Origin: Marispirochaeta sp. | Lineage (GTDB): Bacteria > Spirochaetota > Spirochaetia > JC444 > Marispirochaetaceae | DNA length: 64,000 nucleotides | NCBI GenBank assembly: GCA_963676835.2 | Contig: CAXXFF010000002.1 | Span: 1,632,001-1,696,000, forward strand | Reading direction: 5' to 3' | Shown: positions 11,682-23,000 of the stretch, piece by piece | Numbering within the stretch: position 1 is the first letter of the stretch | Layout: every line of letters begins with the position of its first letter | Translations under genes and position numbers: made by a program | Notes under the pieces: model-generated | The model's input: the letters and a program-made list of their open reading frames with translations, nothing else | The model's database searches: none | Told to the model about the DNA's origin: nothing

Positions 11682-12002
11682 ATGAAAGAGAAGATGAAGA
11701 TCAAACTTAAAAAAGAAGATACGGTTCAGGTCGTATCCGGCAAAGATAAGGGCAAAAGCGGTAAGGTTCTCAGAATTGACCGCGTAAAGGGCCGGATTTA
11801 TGTTCAGGGCCTGAACATGGTAAAGAAGGCTGTAAAGCCGAAAAGCCAGCAGGATAAGGGCGGTATCATAGATATCGAAGCCGGACTTGCGGTATCCAAC
11901 GTAATGATTGTGTGTAAAAAATGCGGACCTACCAGAATCGGTATCAAAGTTGATGGCGATGCAAAGGTCAGAGTCTGCAGAAAGTGCGGGGAGGCCCTTT
12001 GA
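11682..12002 (+). CDS. rplX: 50S ribosomal protein L24
   Basis: KOW motif [11 protein letters not shown]; two CxxC motifs near the C-terminus. Confidence 0.98.
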   Translation: MKEKMKIKLKKEDTVQVVSGKDKGKSGKVLRIDRVKGRIYVQGLNMVKKAVKPKSQQDKGGIIDIEAGLAVSNVMIVCKKCGPTRIGIKVDGDAKVRVCRKCGEAL

Positions 12003-12553
12003 TGGCTGAATATACACCTAGACTCAAGAAACTGTATCTGGATACGATCAGAAAAGAGCTGATCGATGAGTTTGGATACAAGTCTCCGATGCAGGTACCG
12101 CGCCTGGAAAAAATCAGCGTAAGCATCGGCGTCGGGGATGCCATTACAAACAAAAAGTTTCTTGAATCAGCAACTAAAGAGCTGGAACTTATTACCGGCC
12201 AGCATGCTGTAAAAACAAAAGCACGGAAATCTATTGCTAACTTCAAGTTGAGGGAAGGCATGGAGATCGGTGCGAAGGTTACCCTTCGTGGTAACTATAT
12301 GTGGGAGTTTCTTGAAAGACTCCTGAATGTTGCTCTTCCCCGTGTAAAGGACTTTCGGGGTGTTAATCCCAAAGCCTTCGACGGAAAGGGTAACTATTCT
12401 CTGGGTATCCAGGAGCAGATTATCTTCCCTGAGATAGACTTCGACAAGATTGAACGGGTAAGCGGCCTCAATGTGGCAATTGTTACCACTGCTTCTACAG
12501 ATGATGAATCCAGAAGCATGCTGCGCAAGCTCGGTATGCCCTTCAGGAAATAG
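12002..12553 (+). CDS. rplE: 50S ribosomal protein L5
   Basis: [27 protein letters not shown] overlap with rplX. Confidence 0.98.
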   Translation: MAEYTPRLKKLYLDTIRKELIDEFGYKSPMQVPRLEKISVSIGVGDAITNKKFLESATKELELITGQHAVKTKARKSIANFKLREGMEIGAKVTLRGNYMWEFLERLLNVALPRVKDFRGVNPKAFDGKGNYSLGIQEQIIFPEIDFDKIERVSGLNVAIVTTASTDDESRSMLRKLGMPFRK

Positions 12554-12564
12554 GAGTAGACGAG

Positions 12565-12750
12565 ATGGCAAAGAAATCAATGATAATCAAGGCTCAGCGT
12601 AAGCCTAAGTTCATGACCCGTAAGGTCAATCGCTGTCGCGTCTGCGGTAGACCCAGGGGTTTTATGCGGAAATTTCAGATGTGCAGGGTATGCTTTCGCA
12701 AATACGCAAGCGAAGGTCTTATCCCCGGCGTTACAAAATCGAGCTGGTGA
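12565..12750 (+). CDS. rpsN: 30S ribosomal protein S14, Zn-binding (type Z)
   Basis: 61 aa, CRVC...[12 protein letters not shown]. Confidence 0.98.
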   Translation: MAKKSMIIKAQRKPKFMTRKVNRCRVCGRPRGFMRKFQMCRVCFRKYASEGLIPGVTKSSW

Positions 12751-12764
12751 GGGAGAAGATATAG

Positions 12765-13163
12765 ATGGCTGTTACCGATCCTGTAGCAGATATGCTAACA
12801 AAGATACGGAATGCGAGTAGTGCGCATTTCGACCGTGTTGATATTCTGACCTCTAAACTGAAGCTTGAAATTGTCAAGATACTCAAGAACGAGGGATACA
12901 TTAAAAACTTCAAGAAGACCACCATAGATGGAAACAACTATATCCGGATCTTCCTTAAGTTTGATGAGAAACAGAAACCGATTATTCACGGTATTAAGAA
13001 GATATCCACACCTGGTAGAAGAATTTATGCCGGTTACAAGAATCTCCCGAGAGTCTTTAACGGTTACGGAACTGTGATTGTTTCTACTTCCACCGGTGTA
13101 ACTACCGGAAAGAAGGCTGCCGAAAAGAAAGTCGGCGGCGAGATTCTTTGCTCAGTCTGGTAG
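12765..13163 (+). CDS. rpsH: 30S ribosomal protein S8
   Basis: [21 protein letters not shown]. Confidence 0.99.
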   Translation: MAVTDPVADMLTKIRNASSAHFDRVDILTSKLKLEIVKILKNEGYIKNFKKTTIDGNNYIRIFLKFDEKQKPIIHGIKKISTPGRRIYAGYKNLPRVFNGYGTVIVSTSTGVTTGKKAAEKKVGGEILCSVW

Positions 13164-13175
13164 AGGGGGGAAGGA

Positions 13176-13715
13176 ATGTCACGTGTAGGAAAACTGCCGA
13201 TAGAAATACCCAAGGGCGTAAAGGTAAACCAGAACGGTAATATCGTTGAGGTTGAAGGTCCCAAGGGGAAACTGTCTCAGGAAATTAAAGGTGCCCTGAA
13301 GATAAGTATAGGCGCCGAAGTGGTTCAGGTAGAGTGCGAAAGTACTGTAAAACAGGACAGAGCATATTTTGGTCTGTACAGGAATCTGATCCAGAACATG
13401 GTTACCGGTGTAAGTGCCGGTTTCAGTAAAACCCTGCTTATAAATGGTGTTGGATACAGAGCCGAGCTTAAGGGAAAAAGTCTTTCCCTTAACCTGGGAT
13501 ACTCAACAATGATCGAGTATATGATCAATGATGATGTTACCATCACTGTTGAAGGAAACAACAAGGTTGTAGTTTCCGGAATCGATAAACAGAAGGTCGG
13601 ACAGGCGGCTGCGGAAATACGATCACTTCGTGCTCCAGAACCCTATAAGGGAAAAGGAATCAGTTACGAAAATGAGTACATCCGCAGAAAAATCGGTAAG
13701 TCCGGTGTTAAGTAG
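13176..13715 (+). CDS. rplF: 50S ribosomal protein L6
   Basis: MSRVGKLP, PEPYKGKGI. Confidence 0.99.
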   Translation: MSRVGKLPIEIPKGVKVNQNGNIVEVEGPKGKLSQEIKGALKISIGAEVVQVECESTVKQDRAYFGLYRNLIQNMVTGVSAGFSKTLLINGVGYRAELKGKSLSLNLGYSTMIEYMINDDVTITVEGNNKVVVSGIDKQKVGQAAAEIRSLRAPEPYKGKGISYENEYIRRKIGKSGVK

Positions 13716-13727
13716 TAGGAAAGCGGG

Positions 13728-14087
13728 ATGAAGAAGATAGACGATAAAAATCGAAAAAGGCTGCAGCGAAAAAGGCATATCCGTAAATCCATTTACGGCA
13801 CTGCAGAGCGGCCTCGTATGACGGTTTTCCGCAGCAACAAGTACGTCTACATTCAGGTTGTTGACGATGATAAAGGCGTCACAATTGCTGCTGTTAACAA
13901 CCGGCAGAAAGAGAATGTTGAGCTTAAGACCAATGTTGAAAATGCGTCAAAGCTTGGAGAAATGATCGGTACAAAGCTGAAGGAACAGTCCGTTGGAGCT
14001 GTTGTATTTGACAGAAACGGGTTTAAGTATCACGGCATCGTAAAGGCCATTGCCGACGGAGCCCGCAAAACCGGACTTCAGTTCTAG
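13728..14087 (+). CDS. rplR: 50S ribosomal protein L18
   Basis: [20 protein letters not shown]. Confidence 0.99.
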   Translation: MKKIDDKNRKRLQRKRHIRKSIYGTAERPRMTVFRSNKYVYIQVVDDDKGVTIAAVNNRQKENVELKTNVENASKLGEMIGTKLKEQSVGAVVFDRNGFKYHGIVKAIADGARKTGLQF

Positions 14088-14093
14088 GGGGAT

Positions 14094-14615
14094 ATGGTGG
14101 AAAGACGTGATCGTGATAATAGAGATAGAGAGCGGGATAAAGAGTTTACTGAAAAACTTATCAAGCTCAACCGTGTAGCCAAGGTTGTAAAGGGTGGACG
14201 CCGGTTCTCCTTCTCTGCACTTGTTGTGGTGGGAGATCAGAAAGGACGGGTTGGACTCGGTTTCGGTAAAGCCAACGATGTAACTGAAGCTATCCGGAAA
14301 AGTATCGAAAAGGCGAAGAAAAACATGATTACCCTGCCCTTGAAAAATGGTACACTTCCTCATGAAGTTATCGGAAAATTCAAGAGCGCTGAAGTTCTCA
14401 TGAAACCTGCAGCACCCGGTACCGGAGTAATTGCCGGTGGACCTGTCCGTGCTGTTATGGATGTAAGCGGTGTTACAGATATCCTGAGCAAGTCTCTAGG
14501 TTCAAAAAACACCATCAACATCGTTAAGGCAGTTTTTGCCGGATTCGAAAATATCATGGATGCAAAGCAGGTCGCACGTAACCGCGGCAAAAGCCTTGTG
14601 GAGATGTGGGGGTAG
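14094..14615 (+). CDS. rpsE: 30S ribosomal protein S5
   Basis: [23 protein letters not shown]. Confidence 0.99.
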   Translation: MVERRDRDNRDRERDKEFTEKLIKLNRVAKVVKGGRRFSFSALVVVGDQKGRVGLGFGKANDVTEAIRKSIEKAKKNMITLPLKNGTLPHEVIGKFKSAEVLMKPAAPGTGVIAGGPVRAVMDVSGVTDILSKSLGSKNTINIVKAVFAGFENIMDAKQVARNRGKSLVEMWG

Positions 14616-14617
14616 TA

Positions 14618-14797
14618 ATGAAACTGCGTATTCAGCTTGTAAAGAGCGTTATTGGACGACCTGAAAAGCAGCGCAAGGTAGTTGCCTCTCTTGGTCTCAA
14701 GAAGCTGAACAGTACCGTAGAGCAGGAGGACAGCCCTTCTATTCTCGGTATGATCACCAAGGTTTCTCACCTGCTTAAGGTGGAGGAGATCAAATAG
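14618..14797 (+). CDS. rpmD: 50S ribosomal protein L30
   Basis: [24 protein letters not shown] at 14618. Confidence 0.96.
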   Translation: MKLRIQLVKSVIGRPEKQRKVVASLGLKKLNSTVEQEDSPSILGMITKVSHLLKVEEIK

Positions 14798-15277
14798 ATG
14801 GAACTGCACGCACCCAAAGGGTCAACAAAGAATAAAATTATCAAAGGCCGGGGTAATTCCGCCCGTAAGGGTAGAACCGCCGGTAAAGGTAATAACGGAC
14901 AGAACGCCAGGTCCGGTGGTGGTGTACGCCCCGGATTTGAAGGTGGACAGATGCCTCTCTACCGGCGTATTGCCAGAAGAGGTTTTTCCAACTACCACTT
15001 CAAAAAAGAGTATCAGGCTGTTAACCTTGTGCAGATAGAAAAATTCTATGCTGACGGGGAAACAGTCAACCTTGAGTCTCTTAAGGCTAAAGGGCTTGTC
15101 AAAGGTAAGCAGGTTCTGGTTAAGATCCTCGGAAACGGTGATATATCCAAAAAGGTAACTGTAGATATTGAAAAAGTATCTGCATCTGCCAGAGAAAAGA
15201 TCACCAAGGCCGGTGGTACTGTTACTGCTGCAGCTGAGGAAAAAAAATCAGACGAAACTGAAAATCAGGGCGAATAG
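14798..15277 (+). CDS. rplO: 50S ribosomal protein L15
   Basis: GFEGGQMPLYRR, KILGNG. Confidence 0.99.
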   Translation: MELHAPKGSTKNKIIKGRGNSARKGRTAGKGNNGQNARSGGGVRPGFEGGQMPLYRRIARRGFSNYHFKKEYQAVNLVQIEKFYADGETVNLESLKAKGLVKGKQVLVKILGNGDISKKVTVDIEKVSASAREKITKAGGTVTAAAEEKKSDETENQGE

Positions 15278-15289
15278 GGTTAATTCAAA

Positions 15290-16612
15290 ATGGCGACGAA
15301 TCCGTTAGTTGATATTTTTCGTATACGAGACCTGCGTCAGAGAATCATGTTTACACTGGGGATGCTGGTTGTTTTCCGCCTGGGAGCCAACCTTCCCATT
15401 CCCGGGATTAACGTAAAGGCATTGAATCTCTACTTTATGTCTCAGCAGAGCGGTACAGGAGTAGGTATTACAGAATATATCGACTTCTTTGCGGGTGGAG
15501 CGTTTAAAAACTTTTCCATCTTCATGCTGGGAATCATGCCCTATATTTCCACCTCTATTATCATGCAGCTGCTTGTGCTGGTATTTCCCAGTCTCAAGAA
15601 GATCAGCGAGCAGGAGGGAGGCCGTAAGAAGATTCAGCGTTATACACGCTACGGTACGGTGGTTATCTGTCTGGTACAGTCATATGCGGTTACCATATAT
15701 GCAAACCAGATTCCAGATGCTATAAATATGAACAGGGCGGCATACACTTTTGTAGCCATGCTTACTGTTACTGCCGGTACTATCTTCCTTATGTGGATCG
15801 GTGAGCAGATAACCCAGAGGGGTATCGGTAACGGAATTTCTCTGATAATATTTGCCGGTATAGTTGCCAGAATGCCCGGGGCTTTTGTAACCCTGGTGGA
15901 AAAAGTCCAGATCGGGGAACTTAACCCTGTATTTGTAATTCTTGTGCTGGGTATGTTTATCGCGGTTATAGCTCTGGTAATCTATGAGCAGCAGGGCCAG
16001 CGTAAAATCCCGGTTCAATATGCAAAGCGCGTTGTTGGACGGAGAATGTATGGTGCACAGAACACCTATATTCCTTTCAAGATTAACCCTTCCGGGGTTA
16101 TTCCGGTAATTTTTGCATCCAGTGTACTTACCTTCCCGCTACAGCTGGCAGGTAACCTTGGATCAAAGATCAGCTGGCTTGGTGCTTTCAGCAGCTGGCT
16201 GAGACCCAACGGTCTGCCTTATCTTGTGGCATATACCCTGCTGATTGTTTTCTTTGCATATTTTTATACGCAGGTTACCCTGAACCCTCAGGAGATTGCA
16301 AAGCAGATTCGTGAAAACGGCGGTTCTATCCCCGGAATCCGAACTGATAAAATTGAAGAGCACCTGAACACAATCCTGAGCAGGATTATATTGCCTGGAG
16401 CACTGTTTCTGGCATTTATTGCTGTTATTCCGTCGATTGTGCAGATTCTCTTTAACTTCCCTGCCCAGGTGGCTATGCTTATGGGCGGAACTTCACTGCT
16501 GATTATGGTAGGTGTTGACCTTGATACCATGTCGCAGATTGAAGGGCATCTGAAGATGCATCATCATGACGGCCTGGTCAAGAAAGGCAAAATTAGGTCC
16601 AGAAACCTATAA
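15290..16612 (+). CDS. secY: Preprotein translocase SecY
   Basis: LGIMPYI, GIGNGISLIIF, GGTSLLI; multiple TM segments. Confidence 0.99.
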   Translation: MATNPLVDIFRIRDLRQRIMFTLGMLVVFRLGANLPIPGINVKALNLYFMSQQSGTGVGITEYIDFFAGGAFKNFSIFMLGIMPYISTSIIMQLLVLVFPSLKKISEQEGGRKKIQRYTRYGTVVICLVQSYAVTIYANQIPDAINMNRAAYTFVAMLTVTAGTIFLMWIGEQITQRGIGNGISLIIFAGIVARMPGAFVTLVEKVQIGELNPVFVILVLGMFIAVIALVIYEQQGQRKIPVQYAKRVVGRRMYGAQNTYIPFKINPSGVIPVIFASSVLTFPLQLAGNLGSKISWLGAFSSWLRPNGLPYLVAYTLLIVFFAYFYTQVTLNPQEIAKQIRENGGSIPGIRTDKIEEHLNTILSRIILPGALFLAFIAVIPSIVQILFNFPAQVAMLMGGTSLLIMVGVDLDTMSQIEGHLKMHHHDGLVKKGKIRSRNL

Positions 16613-16624
16613 GGGGATTTACTT

Positions 16625-16738
16625 ATGAAGGTAAGAGTGAGCGTAAAACCTATGTGTGATAAATGCAAGGTTATAAAAAGACGGGGTGTTGTACGAATTA
16701 TCTGCGACAATCCCAAACACAAACAGCGCCAGAAGTAG
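16625..16738 (+). CDS. rpmJ: 50S ribosomal protein L36 (37 aa, absent from ORF track)
   Basis: Hand translation [37 protein letters not shown]. Confidence 0.98.
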   Translation: MKVRVSVKPMCDKCKVIKRRGVVRIICDNPKHKQRQK

Positions 16739-16749
16739 GAGTACCGTAA

Positions 16750-17124
16750 ATGGCACGTATATCAGGTATCGACCTTCCGAATAAAATGACCAAGATCGCC
16801 CTGACCTATATCTATGGTATTGGTCGTTCATTGGCGATGGAAGTATGTGAAAAAACGGGTATTGATCCCGATTCTAAAATAAATGATCTGTCAGCAGAGG
16901 ACATAAACAAAATCCGTCAGCTGCTTGATAACGAGTACACAGTCGAAGGACGTCTTCGTACCCAGACTGCACTCAATATCAAGCGTCTTATGGATATCGG
17001 TTGCTATCGCGGCTTACGGCACCGTCGTGGACTTCCTCTTCGCGGCCAGAGAACCAAAACCAACGCGCGTACCCGTAAAGGTAAGCGGAAGACCGTCGCC
17101 AACAAGAAGAAAGCGACCAAGTAG
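16750..17124 (+). CDS. rpsM: 30S ribosomal protein S13
   Basis: [29 protein letters not shown]. Confidence 0.99.
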   Translation: MARISGIDLPNKMTKIALTYIYGIGRSLAMEVCEKTGIDPDSKINDLSAEDINKIRQLLDNEYTVEGRLRTQTALNIKRLMDIGCYRGLRHRRGLPLRGQRTKTNARTRKGKRKTVANKKKATK

Positions 17125-17139
17125 TCAAAGGAGCAGACA

Positions 17140-17520
17140 TTGGCTAAGGTTAAGAAGAAGAAAGAGAAAAAGACGGTATACGAAGGTCAGGTCTTTATTC
17201 AGGCTACTTTCAATAATACCATCGTTACTATCACCGATATGACCGGAAACGCCGTTTCCTGGGCATCCGCCGGCGGTCTTGGCTTTAAAGGAGCCAAGAA
17301 ATCCACACCTTATGCAGCTCAGACTACTGCTGAAACTGCTGCAAAAAAAGCTATGGATTTCGGTCTCCGGGAAGTGCATGTTATGGTTAAGGGACCTGGA
17401 ATGGGACGTGAGTCCGCTATCCGCTCCCTGGGAACCCTCGGTCTTACTGTAAAAAGTATCCGTGATATTACTCCCATTCCCCATAACGGTTGTCGGCCCC
17501 GAAAGAGCAGACGGGTATAA
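17140..17520 (+). CDS. rpsK: 30S ribosomal protein S11 (TTG start)
   Basis: [24 protein letters not shown]. Confidence 0.99.
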   Translation: MAKVKKKKEKKTVYEGQVFIQATFNNTIVTITDMTGNAVSWASAGGLGFKGAKKSTPYAAQTTAETAAKKAMDFGLREVHVMVKGPGMGRESAIRSLGTLGLTVKSIRDITPIPHNGCRPRKSRRV

Positions 17521-17532
17521 GGAGTTATTGAA

Positions 17533-18168
17533 ATGGCAAGATACGTAGGACCCAGCTGTCGGCTCTGCCGGGCTGAAAAAACAAAGCTGTTTCTTAAGGG
17601 TGACAGGTGTAACAGCCCTAAATGCCCTATTAATAAGAAAAGGCCTTCTCCCGGTAAAGGCCCCCGTGAGCGGATGAAAAAAATGTCCGACTATGGAATT
17701 CAGCTTCGGGAAAAGCAGAAACTGAAAAGAATGTACATGCTGCTTGAGAAGCAGTTTAAGATTCTCTTCAACAAGGCTGAAAGAATGCAGGGCATTACCG
17801 GTGAAAACCTGATATCACTGCTCGAAAGCAGACTTGATAACATGGTATACCGCCTTCATTTCGCTTCATCGCGGAATCAGGCCCGACAGCTTGTAAACCA
17901 CGGTCATATCCGGGTAAACGGCAGAAGAGTTACCATACCTTCATACCTTGTTCGTGAAAACGATGTCATTGAGGTTCAGGAAGCCAGCCGCAAGCTGGTT
18001 AACATTAAAGAGAGCCTTAAGGTCTATTCACGGTCTGGTGTAAGCCCATGGCTTGAACTTAATCCGGACGAAATGAAGGGAAAAGTACTTGCTCTTCCCA
18101 GGCGTTCTGATGTTACTGAACTTGCAGAAGTTAAGGAACATTTGATCGTAGAGCTCTATTCTCGGTAA
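17533..18168 (+). CDS. rpsD: 30S ribosomal protein S4
   Basis: QLREKQK, LESRLDN, IVELYSR. Confidence 0.99.
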   Translation: MARYVGPSCRLCRAEKTKLFLKGDRCNSPKCPINKKRPSPGKGPRERMKKMSDYGIQLREKQKLKRMYMLLEKQFKILFNKAERMQGITGENLISLLESRLDNMVYRLHFASSRNQARQLVNHGHIRVNGRRVTIPSYLVRENDVIEVQEASRKLVNIKESLKVYSRSGVSPWLELNPDEMKGKVLALPRRSDVTELAEVKEHLIVELYSR

Positions 18169-18177
18169 GGTGGTCAC

Positions 18178-19230
18178 ATGGCGCGCAAGAACTTAATGAA
18201 GGGATTCAAAAAACCGAAAGGAATTACATTCGAGCACTCGGATGTAAACCAGGACTATGGCAAATTTATCGCTTACCCCTTTGAGCGGGGGTTTGGTACG
18301 ACAATTGGCAACACCTTGCGCCGTGTATTACTCAGTTCGATTCAGGGTTATGCAATCACAGCTGTAAAAATAACCAGCTATGATGAAGAGGGTACTCCCC
18401 ATATAATCTCTTCCGAATTTGAAGCTATTCCTGAGGTTGTTGAGGATACTCCGGAGATCATAAATAGTCTTAAGAATCTTAAGATTAAACTGCCGAATGA
18501 CCTTGAGCAGAAAACTATCCTGGTTGAGTATAAAGGTGCCGGTGAAATTACCGGAGAAACAATCGGACAGGCATCGGATATTGAAGTAATAAACAAGGAT
18601 CTGAAGATTGCCACGCTGATGGAAAAAGCCAATATCGATCTGGAGATTCAGATTGATCTTGGACGCGGTTACATTCCTGCTGAAACAAACGAAAAATATA
18701 TCGATGTTATCGGCACGATACCTGTAGACGCAGTATTTTCACCGGTAAAGCGGGCAAAGTTTTCTATTGAAAACACCCGCGTAGGGCAGCGCAGTGACTA
18801 TGATAAGCTGGTGCTTGAGGTATACACAGACGGAACTATCTCTCCCGAGGATGCAGTTGCAGAAGCTGCAAAAATCGCCAAGGATCACTTCTGTATTTTT
18901 ATCAACTTCGATGAAGATTCAGTTACCGGTGATGATGAAATGGACGAAGAGGAAGAGAGGATCCGGGCAATCCTCGATACACCTGTCGAGGAACTTGAGC
19001 TGTCGGTTCGTTCCAGTAACTGTCTTAAGAATGCCAATATTAAAACTATTGGCGATCTGACAAGAAGAACAGAAGACGATATAGCCAAGACCCGTAATTT
19101 CGGTAAGAAATCTCTTACTGAAATCAAAGAGAAACTTCAGGAATGGAATTTGTACCTTGGAATGACTGATTACAGTGTTCTTAAGGATTCTGACAAATTC
19201 ATGAAAGGCACAGACGAAGATGAAGCATAG
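18178..19230 (+). CDS. rpoA: RNA polymerase alpha subunit
   Basis: [39 protein letters not shown]. Confidence 0.99.
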   Translation: MARKNLMKGFKKPKGITFEHSDVNQDYGKFIAYPFERGFGTTIGNTLRRVLLSSIQGYAITAVKITSYDEEGTPHIISSEFEAIPEVVEDTPEIINSLKNLKIKLPNDLEQKTILVEYKGAGEITGETIGQASDIEVINKDLKIATLMEKANIDLEIQIDLGRGYIPAETNEKYIDVIGTIPVDAVFSPVKRAKFSIENTRVGQRSDYDKLVLEVYTDGTISPEDAVAEAAKIAKDHFCIFINFDEDSVTGDDEMDEEEERIRAILDTPVEELELSVRSSNCLKNANIKTIGDLTRRTEDDIAKTRNFGKKSLTEIKEKLQEWNLYLGMTDYSVLKDSDKFMKGTDEDEA

Positions 19231-19774
19231 AATCGGATTTAACCGCTTAAGCAGGAAAAGCAGCCACCGTAAGGCACTCTTACGGAATATGGTTACTTCC
19301 CTGTTTGATCATGAAAGGATTACCACAACCAAGGCTAAAGCCCTTGAAGCACGGCGACTGGCCGAAAAAATGATTACCCGGGGGAAAGCAGATTCCGTTC
19401 ACAACAGACGGATGATTGCGCGGAGAATCTGGGACAAGGGTATTGTAAACAAGCTCTTTACAGTTATCGGGCCCCGTTTTGTTAACCGTAATGGTGGGTA
19501 CACCCGTATCCTGAAAATCGGAAATCGACAGGGTGACGCCGCAGAAATGGTAATTCTTGAGCTCCTTGCAGAAGAGGATGCGCCTGTAAAAGAAAAGAAG
19601 GCGAAGAAGGCTCCTGCTAAAAAAGCTGCTCCTAAAGCTGAGGTGAAGGAAGAGGTTGTCGAAGAAAAGGCAGCTGAGGAAACCGTTGAAGCACCGGTGG
19701 AAGCAGAAGCTGCAGTTGAAACTGAAGAGAAAGCAGAAGATGCTGCTTCAGAAGAAAAACCTGCTGACGCATAG
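19220..19774 (+). CDS. rplQ: 50S ribosomal protein L17 with C-terminal Ala/Glu/Lys-rich tail
   Basis: [21 protein letters not shown]. Confidence 0.99.
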   Translation: MKHRIGFNRLSRKSSHRKALLRNMVTSLFDHERITTTKAKALEARRLAEKMITRGKADSVHNRRMIARRIWDKGIVNKLFTVIGPRFVNRNGGYTRILKIGNRQGDAAEMVILELLAEEDAPVKEKKAKKAPAKKAAPKAEVKEEVVEEKAAEETVEAPVEAEAAVETEEKAEDAASEEKPADA

Positions 19775-19795
19775 GAATCAAAACCTTATGATTAG

Positions 19796-19829
19796 AAGGC
19801 TGTCTGCTCCTGCAGGCAGCTTTTTTTTT
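19796..19829 (+). terminator. Intrinsic terminator ending the ribosomal superoperon
   Basis: GGCTGTCTGC/GCAGGCAGCT stem followed by a T run. Confidence 0.85.
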
Positions 19830-20085
19830 GAGTCTTAAAAAATTGTGATTTCTATAAGATGAAAAGACTTTAATGATTCCGCTAACGTTTGTAAAAACGG
19901 AACCATGGTAAGAGTGCCGTATTCCTAGTATTAACCTTATTTTCAGGAAAAGTGTGTTTGTTAATAATGTTGTAGATATTGTAGTTATACCTTCTTGTAT
20001 AGTCGGGCAGTATATTCTTTAATAAAGACCATTACATACCGATACTGAGAAAAGGATTATAGGCAAAGGGGTTTTTTACTAAAGA

Positions 20086-23000
20086 ATGCGTCCGGGATAT
20101 AGAATAGCTGTCAGCCTGCTTATTACTATAATAATATTCTCTGTATTTACCTTTTTTGCATATTCAGGTCTTTTCAATTATATAGAGCGAACTGTCTACA
20201 ATAGTCGTGTGTCTGAGTCTATTTTTCAGGATCTTGAGGGCAAAGCTAAAGTAATTAACGAATATCATAGCCTTAGAATTGAGGCCCTGACTGAGATTTT
20301 CTCTGATCCCGTCTTCTCGCAAGTATTTCGCAATAATGAATCCAGAGAACTTATACAAAAAACCCTTGAGACAGACCAACAACTGCAACGCGAAATAGGT
20401 GGGTATATAGGTTTCAGGTTTATCGATGAAGACGGTAAAATCTGGTTTTCTACTCTCAAAGGAGATTTAAGGGAGTCCACGGCTACTCGACGTGTTTACT
20501 ATTTGTGGAAGGATATTGAACCTGATTACGATTATACTGACTATCTTTCAGTTGAAAAGCCGTTTTATATATTAGAGGCTGCCGGTCAGCGCATTGCATA
20601 CAGTCTTCCGGTATATAACAGTATTGGCGAGTTAAATGGAACCATAATTGTTTATACAGGGTATTCGGGATTAATCAACAGTATGGTAACCAGGCATGTC
20701 CTTGAGGCGGGACGAGCGACTGAACTTGCCGGATCATATATGTATTTGTTTAATTCGGCGGTGGTCTATTCTGAGAATCTCCTTGATCTTATACATGATG
20801 CAGTTAAAGGTACTGAAATTAAGCATAGTCAGGCTGTAATTGGTTCTGACGAAAGTTCTGTCTATACCCTTTTCTCCTATAAAGGTGAGAACGGCTTTAT
20901 TTTGTCCTATCTGGCAGGAGAAGATGAGACGGGAATGACACCGGCATTGAAGCTTCTCTTACTCGTTTTTGCTTTTACAACTCTTTTTCTTATCTCCTTT
21001 TTAATTTTGAGTATCCGTCAGGATGATATGGCGGTAATGACCGAACGGATTAGACGTTTTCAGTATGGTTTTGTTAAAGAGTATATTAAACATTCAGATA
21101 CCATTGATTTGAAACGCTGGCGTATAGATTTGGATGGGCAGAAGGACGCAATTAAAAAAAGAATGCTGAAAGGCATTAAAAAGAAGCAGACTGAAAAAGC
21201 TTCTGAGCTGTTTGATGAAAACTGGGGTACCGTTCTGGAACTTCTTGGTCCTTCCGGGAGAATTGATAATCCCCTGGAGCTTAAGAATATAGAAGAAATT
21301 CTTGAGCGTGTTCTTGAAAGACAGCAGAGCATTGAGACACGTATTGTCAGCACACCGGGGCAGGGTAGAGGAACAGTAAAAACTACAACAGAAACCACCT
21401 CTAAAAACAAAATACCAGTAAACCCTGAGACCACTAATAATCGATCAGTAATCGATGAAGTAGAAGAGCTCGACGAAGTCGAAGAAATAGGTGAAGTAGA
21501 AGAGCTCGACGAAGTCGAAGAAATAGGTGAAGTAGAAGAGCTTGATGAAGTAGAAGAGCTCGATGAAGTAGAAGAGCTCGACGAAGTAGAAGAGCTCGAC
21601 GAAGTAGAAGAGCTCAATGAAGTAGAAGAGCTCGATGAAGTAGAAGAGCTCGATGAAGTAGAAGAGCTTGATGAAGTAGAAGAGCTTGATGAAGTAGAAG
21701 AGCTTGATGAAGTAGAAGAGCTTGATGAAGTAGAAGAGCTTGATGAAGTAGAAGAGCTCGATGAAGTAGAAGAGCTCGATGAAGTAGAAGAGCTCGATGA
21801 AGTAGAAGAGCTCGATGAAGTAGAAGAGCTCGATGAAGTAGAAGAGCTCGATGAAGTAGAAGAGCTCGATGAAGTAGAAGAGCTCGACGAAGTCGAAGAA
21901 ATAGGTGAAGCAGAAGAGCTTGATGAAGTAGAAGAAATAGGTGAAGTCGAAGAGCTCGATGAAGTAGAAGAAATAGGTGAAGCAGAAGAGCTTGATGAAG
22001 TAGAAGAGATCGACGAAGTCGAAGAGCTTGATGAAGTCGAAGAGCTTGATGAAGTCGAAGAGCTTGATGAAGTCGAAGAGCTTGATGAAGGCGAAGAAAG
22101 TACTATTCCAGAGGAAGCTGAAGCCTCGGAAGTTGAGGAACTTGAAATCCGGGAGGATGATTCTCCTGTATATGGTTATGCATTCTTCGCTGATGAAGAT
22201 GCTTTTGACCTTGAAGCCCTGTTTCACCGGCCGGAAGATTTAGGTGATATAGGTATCTTTGAAGATGCTTATGATGAAGTTGAAGAGCTAATTGATGTTG
22301 ATGACGAAGACCTGGAAGAGAGGGAAAGCAAGAAAAGAATTCAGGAAATCGAAGAGTTGCCTGAACCCAGCGAAGAAGATTTATCTGCCATAGCTGCTCT
22401 GCATTCAGCACCATTGCGGGTAGCCATTGTTCCTTTGGAAAATGAGCCCTTTGAAATACTGGATGAACTTGAGGAGCTGGGGAATGAGAGCCCTGCGGAA
22501 CTGATTTTTGAGGGGATGTTAACCAATCCCAAAGGACTCACGTATCAATCTCTGGATAGAGACTTCCGGTATACTGAAGATGCAGGATCGACAATTTCGC
22601 TGCATGATGATATTCCTTCCCAGGCATTAATTGTAGGTACCATAGAAAAGAGCCTTATAGAACAAATTATTGCCGGAGAATTACAGGGAAAGGCTATTGA
22701 GATAAGGCAGATCGATGATTTTTTAATTGAGAAAGCAGAAGAGCATCAGGCAATAGAAGAGCATGACGGTGTTTTCAGGATTAAAGATACCGTTTACTCC
22801 TCAGCAAAAGAGGGCTCAAAGAAAGATCTCAGGGAACTTGTAGACTCGGTACTTAAAAAAGATCAGGATAATGACAGTATCGATTCCATTCTTACCACCG
22901 GAGTCGATTTAGGTCTGGATTTTGCTGCGGATAAGTCCATAAGTGATAAGGAGAGGCATAAACAGCAGCTGCAGAGTTTGCCCATCCTTACTGATAAAGG

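Noticed and set aside
16613..16624. Absence of adk, map and infA after secY
   Set aside because: A known rearrangement in several lineages including spirochaetes; no sign of a recent deletion.
19560..19774. Low-complexity C-terminal tail of L17
   Set aside because: Such Ala/Glu/Lys-rich extensions are common in L17 from several phyla.
21454..22083. Repeat array as a CRISPR
   Set aside because: The units are contiguous with no unique spacers, lie in frame inside a CDS, vary mostly at synonymous positions, and have no cas genes nearby.
21445..22227. Minus-strand 260-aa (FYFIEL)n ORF and the poly-Ser ORF at 21060-21617
   Set aside because: Antisense shadows of the stop-free 18-bp repeat.
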